From Auanema rhodensis (lineage: Eukaryota; Animalia; Nematoda), in assembly GCA_964057225.1 (NCBI GenBank), contig OZ059897.1:11346001-11410000 (forward strand): a stretch of DNA of 64,000 nt. Reading direction: 5' to 3'. Each line of letters starts with the position of its first letter. The first letter of the stretch is position 1. Positions 22,011 to 33,905 of the stretch are shown piece after piece. The notes beneath the pieces were generated by a model that saw nothing but the letters and a program-made list of their open reading frames with translations, was not told the DNA's origin and searched no databases. The position numbers and the translations under genes are program-made.

Positions 22011-23160
22011 TATAGGTTTAGCAAATTGACAACAAGCAGATATTCGTAAAATATTTGTTTATAAGTTGTTTGAGTTGATCGGAGTCGGACCTAAGGTTCA
22101 TTTTATTCCACACAAACACTATTCTAGTTTAGCACTTTACATCGGAACCGATGAAGGTAAATCTTGCGAAAAAGTTTTGGTTTCATATAATTCATTTACG
22201 TTCTAGTTCCTAGTTTTCGGCGAGCAGAAACTGAAGGAATTCATGTGAGTAGCAAAGTATACGCTCAAAGGGACTTGCTGCGGCGAGTGCTGTTTCCTAA
22301 GGATCTCCACTCGAAGAATTATGGAATTGATGGTCATGGGAAACTGAGCATTGCTGATCTTCAAGTATGATTGTAAGCATTTTATATTATGATCTTTGTA
22401 ATTTAGATAAAGAGTTGTGTCGATCCTGAAATGGCACACAAATATTTGAACAGGTACAAAAGCTGGAAGAGGAGCAAAGAGCTACGGATTCAAGTAGCAA
22501 AGAAGTGCATTAAATTGTGGAATCTACCCCATGATTTCAACGAAGCTAATGCAGCGATCTCCAAACAAAAAGAGCTGTTCAAGAAGCATTCTATCATCTG
22601 TAAACCAAGTCGAAACTTTGAGAGATATTCTGTAGAAATTAAAAACGATCTTAATAGTCTGATAGAAAGTTTGAAATATAACAGGTTTCATTTTTTACAC
22701 TGTATTTGTTACGAAAAATATGTGTGTTATAATGATTACAAACACTAAAGATGTCTAAGTAATATGAATTTGAATATAAATACAAAGCGTCTTTTACATT
22801 ACACTTTGACCTAATAATGTAAACATAGTAGAGTATGAAATTAAAATGTTTTTGAGATTGAAAATTATTATAACCAGTTATTACCTTGGTATATGCACTG
22901 CTGATGAACTTTATTGCTAAGAATAGGCAATTTTGATGCAGGGATCTCATTGTTAATGATTTTGTTAATGATATTTTAATCGTGTGAAAGATGTCTATGT
23001 ATTTTTGGAAATGTGGAGGAAGATTTTATGTTTTTAATCGGAAGAGATTTCTGGCGTTTCCAACACTGAGAATCCTTTAAAAATATTCAATATACTTTTT
23101 AATCTTCAATTTGTTCATATTTTGATATTTGTAATGGATTTTATAAATTTCAGAGACATC

Positions 23161-24100
23161 ATGACTGCGAATTGTTAAGCTTTTGTGAGTAAGTTCAAAA
23201 GGGCTTGACAAGCTTCCGCATTGAAACAAATGACCCAAATTGAACAAGCAGTTGATCAAGCCTTGAACCACCTAATGCCACTGATGAAAGCTAAATTCCT
23301 GGTCACCTACCATCAATTTGATGAAATTTATTGCCAATTCAATGCAAATTTCTCTCGCTACATGGAAAAAAATTTCGAATACATTGAAATAGCCGCAGAG
23401 TTTTATTTCTCAAACTTCTTTGCTGATAACGCTGAATGCCCAGCCCTCGAAATCAGATGTGAAAGGAATGGATCAGAGGAAGGTGGAATCCTGGTAAGTT
23501 TTCGATAAAATTTGATATAAAATATATTTGTACAATATTGTTTTTAGTGCGGGCTCATTTGTCAAGTATTGCGGAATGAAATTCTGATTGGAAAGTACTA
23601 CGTTAAAGAACATATAGGTTTAGCAAATTGGCAACAAGCAGATATTCGTAAAATATTTGTTTATAAGTTGTTTGAGTTGATCGGAGTCGGACCTAAAGTT
23701 CATTTTATTCCACACAAACACTATTCTAGTTTAGCACTTTACATCGGAAGCGATGAAGGTAAATCTTGCAAAAAAGTTTTGGTTTCTTATAATTCAATTA
23801 CGTTCTAGTTCCTAGTTTTCGGCGAGCAAAAACTGAAGGATATCATGTGAGTAGCAAAGTATACGCTCAAAAAGACTTGCTGCGGCGAGTGCTGTTTCTT
23901 AAAGATCTCCACTCTAAGAATTATGGAATTGATGGTCATGGGAAACTGAGCATTGCTGATTTTCAAGTATGATTGTTAGCATTTTATATTATGATCTTTG
24001 TAATTTAGATAAAGAGTTGTGTCGATCCTGAAATGGCACACAAATATTTGAACGGGTACAGAAGCTGGAAGACGAGCAAAGAGCTACGGATTCAAGTAGC
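23161..24100 (+). pseudogene. Atypical kinase-like gene, copy 5 (no Tc1, 3'-truncated by Maverick sequence)
   Basis: Continuous KYYVKEHIGLANWQQADIRKIFVYKLFELIGVGP; DLHSKNYG..LSIADF; introns at about 23494-23547 and 23759-23807. Confidence 0.6.
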
Positions 24101-24900
24101 AACGATATGAAATACAAAAGTTAATGGAACACATATCGAAGGTTAATTCGATAAGAACGATATGAAATACAAAAGTTAATGGAACACATATCGAAGGTTA
24201 ATTCGATAAGTTCGTTAAAACAGGTGCACTGACCCACACAAAAACCACATGGCAAACGTTTTGTACATTAAAATATGATAAATAAAAACACCACATGAAC
24301 CAAGTTGTCTAATATTTTCAAATTCCATGAAAGAATAGTTTAAAGAAATTTTTTTTTTAAATTTTATATTAGTATATTCTAATATACTAATTCAATAAAA
24401 CACATATCGAAGGTTAATTCGATAGGATTCACAAACAATTGTGTTGTTTCCAATGGAACACATATCGAAGATTAATTCGATAAGATCGTTAAAACAGGTG
24501 CGCTGACCCACACATGTACCACATGGCAAAAGTTTTGTTCATAAAAATATGATAAATAGCTGTACAGCACAAGTACCCATAACGCTAAAGAATACTTACT
24601 ATGCCAAGGGGTCATGGGTATATACTTTTTAGTATCAAAAATGTTAATGGAACACATATCGAATATCAATTCGATAAGATTGGTGAAACAGATACGTTGA
24701 CCTACAATGAACCAAATGGCAAAGCACTTATTCATTAAAGTATAACAAATAGCTGTATAGCATATGCATCAAGATTTCTAATATTCTCAAATTACGTAAA
24801 AAGAAGAGTATATAGAAAAAGTTTTAGTGTGTATATTACTAATATTCTAATACCCTAACTCAAAGAACACATATCGAAGATTAATTCGATAAGATTGTTG
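24101..24900. repeat. Maverick subterminal repeats containing the palindrome TATCGAA-N6-TTCGATA
   Basis: At least six copies of ACACATATCGAAggttaaTTCGATAAG, two of them in a 55-bp tandem. Confidence 0.85.
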
Positions 24901-25030
24901 AAACCGGTACGCTGACCACAACAATACATGCGTATTTATTAACAACGGATTGGCAACTGCCACTGTTGACAGCTGTAATATGATACAATGTTGAGTGTTG
25001 GCAACATTGTTACGTGACAATAAAACAAAA

Positions 25031-28000
25031 AACGCAATAACCACTTCCAATAGTGGTCCCTCGTCATCAAGGGTTATTGAAGTTATCACCTTGGATGACA
25101 GCGATAATGAGTAAGTTATCGTATAATGAAAAAGCATGAAATTTTTTTTTTCAGAGAATGGAATCCCGAGATGCCATCAACTAGTGGGGAACAATTAGGA
25201 GGCGGTTCATCCTTCAACGATATTTGTCAAATGAAAGTACCAGCATTTCCTTTTTTTTAAATGTTACAATTCTTTTCACTCTATATCTTTTATTTGATTA
25301 CTTATCTTGAACAATTTTGAATTTTGCCAGTTATTTTTAAACGAATCATCATACATTTGGAGGCTTTTTGAAAAATAAAATAAAATCTTATCCCAAATCC
25401 ATGCCATAATATCATTTATTAAATTTTTAATCATTAAAATACACTTAAATTTAAATATTTTGATGCTCAAAAACTGACACATTTAAATATTTTGTATTTT
25501 CTAAACCATTTCACTTCATCTCTTTTATTTAATCCCATATTTTAAACAATTTTATAAATCTACTATTATTTAATTTTTATTTATTAAATTTTTAATCATT
25601 AAATTACACTTAAATTTAAATATTTTGATGCGCAAAAGCAGAAACATTTAAATATTTTGTTTTTTCTAAACCATTTCACTCCATCTATTTTAAACAATTT
25701 TATATTTCTACCACTACTTCATAATTTCATTTTTTAAATTTTTAATCATTAAAAAACATTTAAATTTCAATATTGTGATGCTCAAAAACTGAAACATGAA
25801 ACAGATTTATATTTTCTAAGCCATTTCACTTCATCTCTTTTATTTAATCATATATCTTGAACAAATTTAAATTTCTATTACTTTTTCATAATTTCGTTTA
25901 TTAAATTTTTAATCATTAAAAAACATTTAAATTTCAATATTGTGATGCTCAAAAACTTAAACATTTAAATGTTTTATATTTTCTAAACCATTTCACTCAA
26001 AATTTTTTATTTAATCCCATATTTTGAACAATTTTGTAATTCTACTATTATTTAATTTTTATTTATTAAATTTTTAAACATTAAAAAACAAAAAAAAATT
26101 GATGCTCAAAAACTGAAACATTTAAATATTTTGTATTTTTCTAATCGTTTTGATCAATTTATTAAATAGGTGTGGTATTTCTGTAGATTTACCAAATTAT
26201 AATTTAATCCATTTAAACATTATTGCCAGCTGTAATACAAACTATAAGTTTGTAGTATATGCTAGACCGCCTGGACAGCGTATGTACACTATCCAGAAAA
26301 TATTTAATGAAGCGGCTAGCAAATTGGTAACACTAGGTTACCGAAATAATCACTATGATTGTATTACAGCTGGTAGTCGTTCAAAAATTTTTGACGGTTT
26401 TATATGTCAACACTGTAAGTTATCTTACAATACAGTGTTGCATAGATGTAAAGCCAAATGTAAAAAATGCCACACCTATAATTGTAATGCGATGGGGAAT
26501 GTGGTTGAGAGTAGCGTGAGGTGTGATAGTTGTAGAGTTTTGTTTAAAACTCAACAATGCTTCGATAGGCATTTGCGAAAAGCCTGCCGAAAATTCAAGG
26601 TATTTTGTGAAAATTTAAAAAGTTGTACATAATAAGCTTAAATTCAGACTTGTGTGGCGTGTGATCATTATCACATGGTCCGTGCTGATAGACCGCACAA
26701 TTGCAATGAAAAATTTTGCAAAAAGTGCGGTCAGACAACGCCTGAAGAGCACTCTTGTTGTTGGGTTCCACCTAACGACAAGAAGAAGGCTCAACTAAAA
26801 AAGAAGCAAGAAAAGTTCAAGGTTTGTAATTGTTATATTTACAAATGTAATGCTTTCTTGTTTAAGCTCATATTTTATGACTTTGAAACAGTTGTGTTAA
26901 AAAACGGCACAAATGTTCATGAATATGCAGATAAACAATGGCCCAATATGGTTGTGTATAACAAATTTTGTGAAAGTTGTATAGATGCCAATTCCTGTGA
27001 GAAATGCATAACCAAGGAGGGCCAGTTTGGGTACCAACAAGGTGATAGTAAATGGTCTGTAACAGATCGTTTCCTTGATTGGTTACTTAACTTTTCTGAG
27101 AATGATAATGCAATTTTGATTGCGCACAACGGGTCGCGCTTTCACATTCATTTCTTGGTGTCTAGGCTGATGAACCGTGGAATATATCCTGACCCCATTT
27201 TAAATGGGACCAAGATTATTAGCATGGTTGTCAAGCCTTTAAGAGGTCAAAACATTAACCATTTATGTTTTAAAGATAGTTATTTACTAGTGCCTTCACC
27301 CTTATCAGCGTTACCCAAGGCATTTGGTGTACCTGATATGAGTAAAGGACAACTCCCATACCTCTTTAACCACCCAATAAATTATGGCAAAGTGCTACCA
27401 TCCTTGCCACCAAAGCATTACTATTGTACTGCTAGAATGAAAGCAGAAGACCTAGCTTCATTCAATATTTGGTATGAGGAGCGTAATCAAAGTGTGTTTG
27501 ATTTTGATGAGGAGCTTCTGGAATATTGTAGGACAGATGTCCGTATTTTAACCAACTGTATGAAAGTGTACATGAAGTTGGCCACCGCCACCACTGGCTG
27601 GAATCCTGTCATACAATGTATGACATTTGCCAGTTTCTCTTTATTCCAGGCAAGTTTTTCAAAATACAAACATTTTCAAAACTAGTATATTACAGTTGAA
27701 AATGAACCACATTAAAGAGAACCAAGTGGGTATTCTGCCTGAGACTGGTTATTATGCCGGCCAGAAGCATAGTATAATTGCCATAAAATACATAAAATGG
27801 CTAGAACACGGATTAGGCCGCCCATTAATGCATAAGCTTAATGGTGGTGAATTTGTTCTGAGAGTAGATGGCCAACGCTATCTACTTGATGCTTATGACA
27901 GTGTGGCTAATCACGGCTATGAGGTGAGTAATTTGTAATAAATGTAAAAAATGAAAAATTTTGTAGTTTAATGGCTGTATTTATCATGGTTGCCCCCAGT

Positions 28001-29609
28001 GCACCAACAAGACTGCTATTGCACCAGGCAGAAATGGTGAAACAATGGAAGAGGTAACCAATACTTTTTTTTAATCATTTTAAGCTGAAACATTTAGGTT
28101 TATGAAAAAACCATGAAAAGGCTTGAAGCTATTCAAAGCCAGGGCATTAGTGTAACCACTGTGTGGGAACACGAAATTACTGCTCAAATGTCATCAAATG
28201 AGCAAATGGCAAATTTTATGAAGGACACTGAGGTTTTAACTCGATTGGCACCTCGAGATGCCTTCACCGAAATGTGACGTGCTTGCACCCACAAATTTGT
28301 TGTATCCTGTATTAGGAACACGCATAGGCGGTAAATTAATTTTTACAAACTGCCGCACATGTGCAAACAGAGGCAAAAATGTAACATGCCCGCACCAAGA
28401 TGATGAAGACGCTCGAAAGCTGCATCTGACTGTAACGCATGTAGATCTCGAATGTGCCATACAGCGTGGCTACAAAGTGCTTCATGTTTATAAGGTTTGG
28501 CACTGGGATGAATGGCAGCAAGGCGGCCTGTTTAAAGAGTTTGTACAAAAGTACATAAAAATTAAGCAAGAGGCATCGGGCTGGCCTAAGCCAAATATGA
28601 CAGAGGCTAAAAAGGTATGTGTCATGAAAAGTATGGCATTAAATAACATTTTACAGCTAAAATATCTCCAAGAGCACGAGGAGAACACTGGTGTTGCTCT
28701 GGAGAGCAACAAAATTGAAAAGAATGCGGCTATGCGTAGCATTGTCAAACTACAGCTGAATAGGTATGTAAACTTTTAAAAATAAAAATTTACAAATTTG
28801 CTCATAGCGTATGGGGTAAAATGGGTCAAAGACCGGATAAAGCCCAAACCAAGATTATTGGTGTTGAGGATCCTGAAATTGGTAGGATCATAACTGATCC
28901 TGCAAGGGAACTCATGGGCTTCAAAATTGTGGACGATGTGGCGTACTGTACAACAGTGCCAGAAGACTCACACTTGGTACCAGCGCCATTTACAAATGTA
29001 GCCATAGCGGCTTATACAACCGCTCATGCAAGGCTACTATTGTATAAGGCAATGGAGAAAATTGGAAAGAACTTGGTGTATACAGGTAATTTCATACTTT
29101 GTATACAATTTAAACGTACATTATTTAGACACCGATTCTCTAATTTATTTAAAATGCCTCGATCAGCCTGATCCAATTGAGGATATGAAGGGTGAATGGT
29201 TAGGTAAACTAACCTCAGAAATACCCGATGGTTGGTCAATAACCAAATTTGTTTCACCAGCTGCAAAAGTTTATAGTTATGAGCTAGTAAATGCAGCTGG
29301 TTAGGTCAAGTATATCACCAAGGCAAAGGGAGTGGTAAGTATAAAAATATATTATTGAGAAACTTTTTAAAATTACAGACGTTGGACCACACGGCAGCCA
29401 CCGTGGTAAACTATCAAAGTATGGAGCGATTGGTTCGAGGACTCGTGATGGATGGAGAAAAATTGGTTTTAAAAACCGAAACAACGTTATTAAAGAGGCA
29501 GCTTGGTGCCATATCCACGATGGACATGACAAAGAGTACCAAGGTCGTAATGGATAAACTTTGTTATCTAGACGATTTTAGTACTTTACCCTATGGTTAT
29601 TGTGAATGA
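25031..29609 (+). pseudogene. Protein-primed family B DNA polymerase (pPolB), copy 1, multi-intron
   Basis: After splicing: LIFYDFET, AHNGSRF, FKDSY, YCRTDV, YEFNGCIYHGCPQC, KLQLNSVWGK, YTDTDS, KAKG. Motif A is lost by a deletion near 28270; stop at 29302. Confidence 0.93.
25410..26150. repeat. Degenerate AT-rich tandem repeat, unit about 152-166 bp, about 5 copies
   Basis: AAATTTTTAATCATTAAA...GATGCTCAAAAACTG recurs at about 25420, 25585, 25736, 25903 and 26068. Confidence 0.8.
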
Positions 29610-29747
29610 TTTTTAATATATTTGAATTTATAAATTTTATTATTGCGTGTATATTTGTATATGGTTGTATTTATAGATTTTTATGTATAGTTGTATTAAT
29701 AAATTTTATTCTTCTCATCAAATGTTTTAAAGAGTTTATTACATACA

Positions 29748-31083
29748 TTACAAACTGGTATCAATATATGGAGCACGATTGTTGTCAATTGAAAGAATAG
29801 AGTCATATTCTGCATAAACAATAGCATATAAACCCTCTTGCGGCGTTTGTTGACCAAATTCCAATTTCAGGGCCACATTACCTTGTCGTATAACATCAAA
29901 TAACTCGGACGAGTGTACAGTCGGTGAAATATCAAATACAAAAAATGTGAACCCAGCTTTATACATTGCTGGTGTAATACCATTGGATGAATCTGTACGA
30001 CCAAGGCCCAAACCCTCCAACATGTCAATATATGCTGTGGCATAGGAAGAACGCCATTCTAAATTATAAGGGCGGGTAGGTATTACCCGATTGTTGAGCG
30101 AAGTATATATTTTTCAATTCAAACGGTTTAAAGTTGAATGGCGAATGTTTAAAAGTACCATTATAGGCGTGTGCGCCGACAAGACCTACTACAACACGTT
30201 TCGGTGTATGCGATGTGAATAATATGTTATTGGGTGAATCCAAACGGCCTCCTTCTATGAAATAAGATCGCATTTTCACTGACGTCATGGGGTAGTGTAT
30301 TCGTTCCTTTACAAGTTTATCTTCTATAGCCATAGCTAATCCAGCGTTTAGATCAAACTCTTGAATAAGCAAGTGCACATCGTTGATATCTATTTTCAGG
30401 TTTGGAAACTCCTCCTTCATTGCAGCATCCTTGCTTTCATTATTCCATCCAAGTGTGTCAATTAAAAAATTATCACGGTTTGGATATGCAGTTAGCTCCA
30501 TTTTTGAATAGTTTACAAACAGTCGCTCTTGATTAAATAAGTCGATACTGATGGGAGCAGCCATCTCACACAATATGCCATTTTTAACAAGCCCTTGTCG
30601 CGCTCTAAAGCCAGGACTGGCTGCATTATCTATATATCTATCCGCATAATAGCCTGATATGGCAAGTTTGCTCTCTTTAACATCGTTGCTATACATTAGA
30701 ATATTCTCAATATATGTTTTGTAGGCATGATTTACGGTAGAGTCATACACGCTAACATCACCAATTTTTAAATGATACGAGTGTATCAAACTGGCTGCAA
30801 ATTGTTGGCATGGTGCAAAAACAAGGTTGTCTGGTACTGGATCACCGTTTGTGGTTACAATTTTGAATTTTACATTCAACCAACACCTTCTCAGATTAAG
30901 AAATGATTTGGAATTTTGGGCTATAACAAATTCCCATGGTCCTTGAGGAAGAAAAGTATTTTTCAAAAATTTTTCTTGTATAGTACGAGTGGATTCAACA
31001 CCCAATGCCGACGCTGGTATATCACCATAGTTAATATTAGGTAAAAGGGCTTGTGCTGATTTTGAATCTATCAGTTTAGCCAT
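29748..31083 (-). pseudogene. Maverick major capsid protein (double jelly-roll), frameshifted
   Basis: Near-identical to the continuous ORF at 41278-42609; frameshift near 30100. Confidence 0.88.
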
Positions 31084-31516
31084 TTAAATACGATACGACC
31101 GCTCACGAGTTATGCACAGACGCTTATGAGGTTTTGTGGTTTTGCGTCGTCGCCGTTTGCCCAAGCCGGTAAGATCTCGTATAGCTTGCCGGCCGGCTGT
31201 TTTAAGAGTTTCCTTGATATTATCGCCTTTCAGCACCCCATTGACAATTTAATTACCAGTTTTCAGCAACTGTCCGCCAAGAGGTGAATTTACAACTGGA
31301 CTATTGCTTACAGCACTGGATAATGCGTTCCTTCCAGCATTGATGAGATTTTGGGCTATAGGTGATTGAATAATGCGAGGTAAAAACGATGCCAAAGTTG
31401 CCAGTATACCACCCAGGCCATGACCTTTCTGCATACCACGTTGAAACATCATTCCACTTTTGATTCAAAAGTGTTGTCCATTGAATTGAGTTCAAGTCTA
31501 GAAGGAGGTGTGGCAT
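31084..31516 (-). pseudogene. Maverick basic core-like protein
   Basis: QRGMQKGHGLGG motif and KRRRRK tail; frameshift and stop. Confidence 0.75.
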
Positions 31517-31529
31517 ATATATGCATATG

Positions 31530-31870
31530 CGACAACATTTGTATTACAAATACCACATAGCCACCACAAGTGTATTCAATTATACGTTGTGGTTTGCAAG
31601 TATTAATTTTTACCTTTTTATATTTGGCCAGATAATTTTGAATGTACTTGTTCATTTTATATCCCAAGCTACAGAAAAAATAGGCTTGCTTGTTACGGAC
31701 AAAGATGACCTGCCAATGTGTGCCTGGCTTATCATGTGTGTCAGTATTTACGACAAGTGCAAAGTTTTTACGACGCGTTTTGGGTAGGGTATCAGCGCTA
31801 TATACACCGAGGAATAGTTTGCAAATTCTGGGGACAGATTGCAATAGTGATACTATTTCAGACAAATATA
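31530..31870 (-). pseudogene. Adenain-like cysteine protease, truncated
   Basis: FLGVYSAD, VVNTD..PGTHW, Q....TCG; start ATG changed to ATA; C-terminus lost. Confidence 0.85.
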
Positions 31871-31922
31871 TTTTAGTAGAATGATCTAGTGTAACTTTTG
31901 TATTGCGCGCGTGCGGTTCGAT

Positions 31923-32222
31923 ATGCCGCACCTCCTTTTGGATTTAAACTCTATTCAATGGACAACACTTTTAAATTAACAAATGGGTGGCGCCCCATTT
32001 AGCGGAATGATGTTTCAACGTGGAATGCAGAGGGGTCATGGTTTGGGTGGTATTTTGGCAACTTTGGCATCACTTCTACCACGCATCATTCAATCACCTA
32101 TAGCCCAAAATCTCATCAATGCAGGAAGAAACGCCTTATCCAGTGCTGTAAGCAATAGTCCAGTTGTAAATTCACCTCTTGGCGGACAGTTGCTGAAAAC
32201 TGGTAATAAAATTGTTGATGGG
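31923..32222 (+). pseudogene. Core-like protein 5' fragment, cut by the next Maverick terminus
   Basis: Matches 40825-41123, then switches to AGTAGAGAG. Confidence 0.75.
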
Positions 32223-32975
32223 AGTAGAGAGCCATGCCGAATTTACTAACCACGCCCCCAAACAGTTGCTAAAAACATACTTTTGAGGACGTCAGCTGCT
32301 AAAAACATACTTTTGGGGGCGTCAGCTGTCAAAATCATATTTTCGGCGTCAGCTGTCAAAAATATAATTTTCCTCCCGAGGCAGGCTCTCGAGCCTGCAC
32401 ATGGATCAAAGTGCATGATTTTTTTAAAATCTTTTTTAAAATTATTTTTTAATGTATTATTTTAAATGAATTTTTATTATTTATATATTTGTTAATTGTA
32501 TTTGTAAATATTTTTAAAATTATTTCTTTTTAAATGTATTTTTAATATTTATATATGTTTTAAATATTATTATTTAATTATTTCTTTTTAAATATATGTT
32601 TAATAATATTTCTTTTTAAATGTATTTTAATATTTATACATTTTTTAATTGTATCTTTAAAACTGAATAAATTATTTCTCATATATATTGTTTTTTATAT
32701 ATTTAAATATTTTTAAAAAGTAATCAATATGTTCACCGTACCTCTTATGGGTTACTCAATGGAACTCATATCGAAGGTCAATTCGATAAGAAGTACTAAA
32801 TATTTAAACTAAATTTAATGAAACACATATCGAAGGTTAATTCGATAAGATCGTTAAAAGAGGTGCACTACACATGGCAAAAGTTGTGTTCATAAAAATA
32901 TGATAAATAGCTGTACACCATATGTGCCCATAACGCTAAAGAATACTTACTATGCCAAGGGGTCATGAGTATATA
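32223..32975 (+). repeat. Left terminal inverted repeat
   Basis: 32381-32790 is the reverse complement (diverged in the AT tract) of about 46630-46958. Contains 30-bp CAGCTG repeats and the palindrome GCAGGCTC-TC-GAGCCTGC. Confidence 0.8.
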
Positions 32976-33720
32976 CGAATATTTTCAAATTTTTTAACAT
33001 CAAAAATGTTACTTTAAAGTAATTATTGTTGTAGCCCTAATAGTTTATAAATGTTCTGATAGCTAATGTATTTCATAACTATGTTTAAGAATAGAATAAA
33101 TGTTTCGTAATATATTTATTGAACAATAAATTTTCATTTAAAATTAGAACATGTGTTAACATTTTGTAAGAGTTTCTTTTTTACAAAATGTCTGGAAATG
33201 TTGTACTTGTAATCGGATGTGTACAAGTCTGTTTTTCGCAACAATCCTGCGTTTCCTCAGTGGGATCCAACATTTTGAATTAGTGTTTCCTGAAAATAAG
33301 AGTGTACCACAGCTGTTATAATAAGAATATGAATACAATATTAAACGATCCTATTGTAATCTTCCACAATTTTGGATGACAGTTGTTATTGTATAGGGAC
33401 TTGTCACAAATGAGTTGAATTATTGTTAAATATTTGTATTTACGAAGTCGAATGCTGTAACAAGTAATTAATAAGCGGATAGTTTACAGGTTGTTAATCC
33501 GGCAACTGTTGGCGCAATCGGTGTATTTTAGCGCATTTGGCAGCTGTTTGCGCAACAAACTGCTAATTAATGTATAAATGCATATATTTGTTGTAATATA
33601 TAACAAATAGAAAAGCCGCATACAGCAGTCAACTGTTTTGTGAAAGAGGTGGAGTGGGTAGAGCTTTACAACAAAGTTTTTATAAAAGGTGGCAAAATTT
33701 TTTAGACCGAAATTTGCATT

Positions 33721-33845
33721 TCAGCTCCGCCAACAAGTCGACTCTACGATCCAGTTCTGTCAACAAGTCTACTCTCCGATCCAGCTCCGCCACCAAGTTT
33801 TCTCGCCGATCCACCTCTGCCAACAAGTCGACGATCTGATCCAAC
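33721..33845. repeat. 30-bp minisatellite, about 4 copies
   Basis: CAGCTCCGCCAACAAGTCGACTCTACGATC-like units. Confidence 0.75.
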
Positions 33846-33905
33846 GTCAACAGACTGCTGCAAGTTCGTTGTTGTTTAGGAAAAGCCTCCAATTGGGCTA
33901 CAAAC

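Larger units (their letters stand above)
20146..22748 (+). pseudogene. Atypical kinase-like gene, copy 4 (Tc1-interrupted, catalytic exon retained)
   Basis: Spliced reading gives KYYV.EH ... IFVYKLFELIGVGP ... LYIG.DE | VPSF ... KDLHS.NYGIDGHGKLSIADL; short GT-AG introns; internal stops. Confidence 0.6.
11399..24100 (+). repeat. Tandem array of a kinase-like gene unit: four Tc1-bearing units (2814-bp period; last unit 3015 bp to the downstream exon) plus one Tc1-free truncated unit
   Basis: Identical ORFs recur every 2814 bp (for example 12307/15121/17935/20749). Confidence 0.95.
24101..31518 (+). mobile_element. Partial Maverick/Polinton (pPolB-side arm: subterminal repeats, pPolB, MCP, core protein)
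   Basis: Mirror image of 40825-46660 and direct copy of about 49430-56376. Confidence 0.9.
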
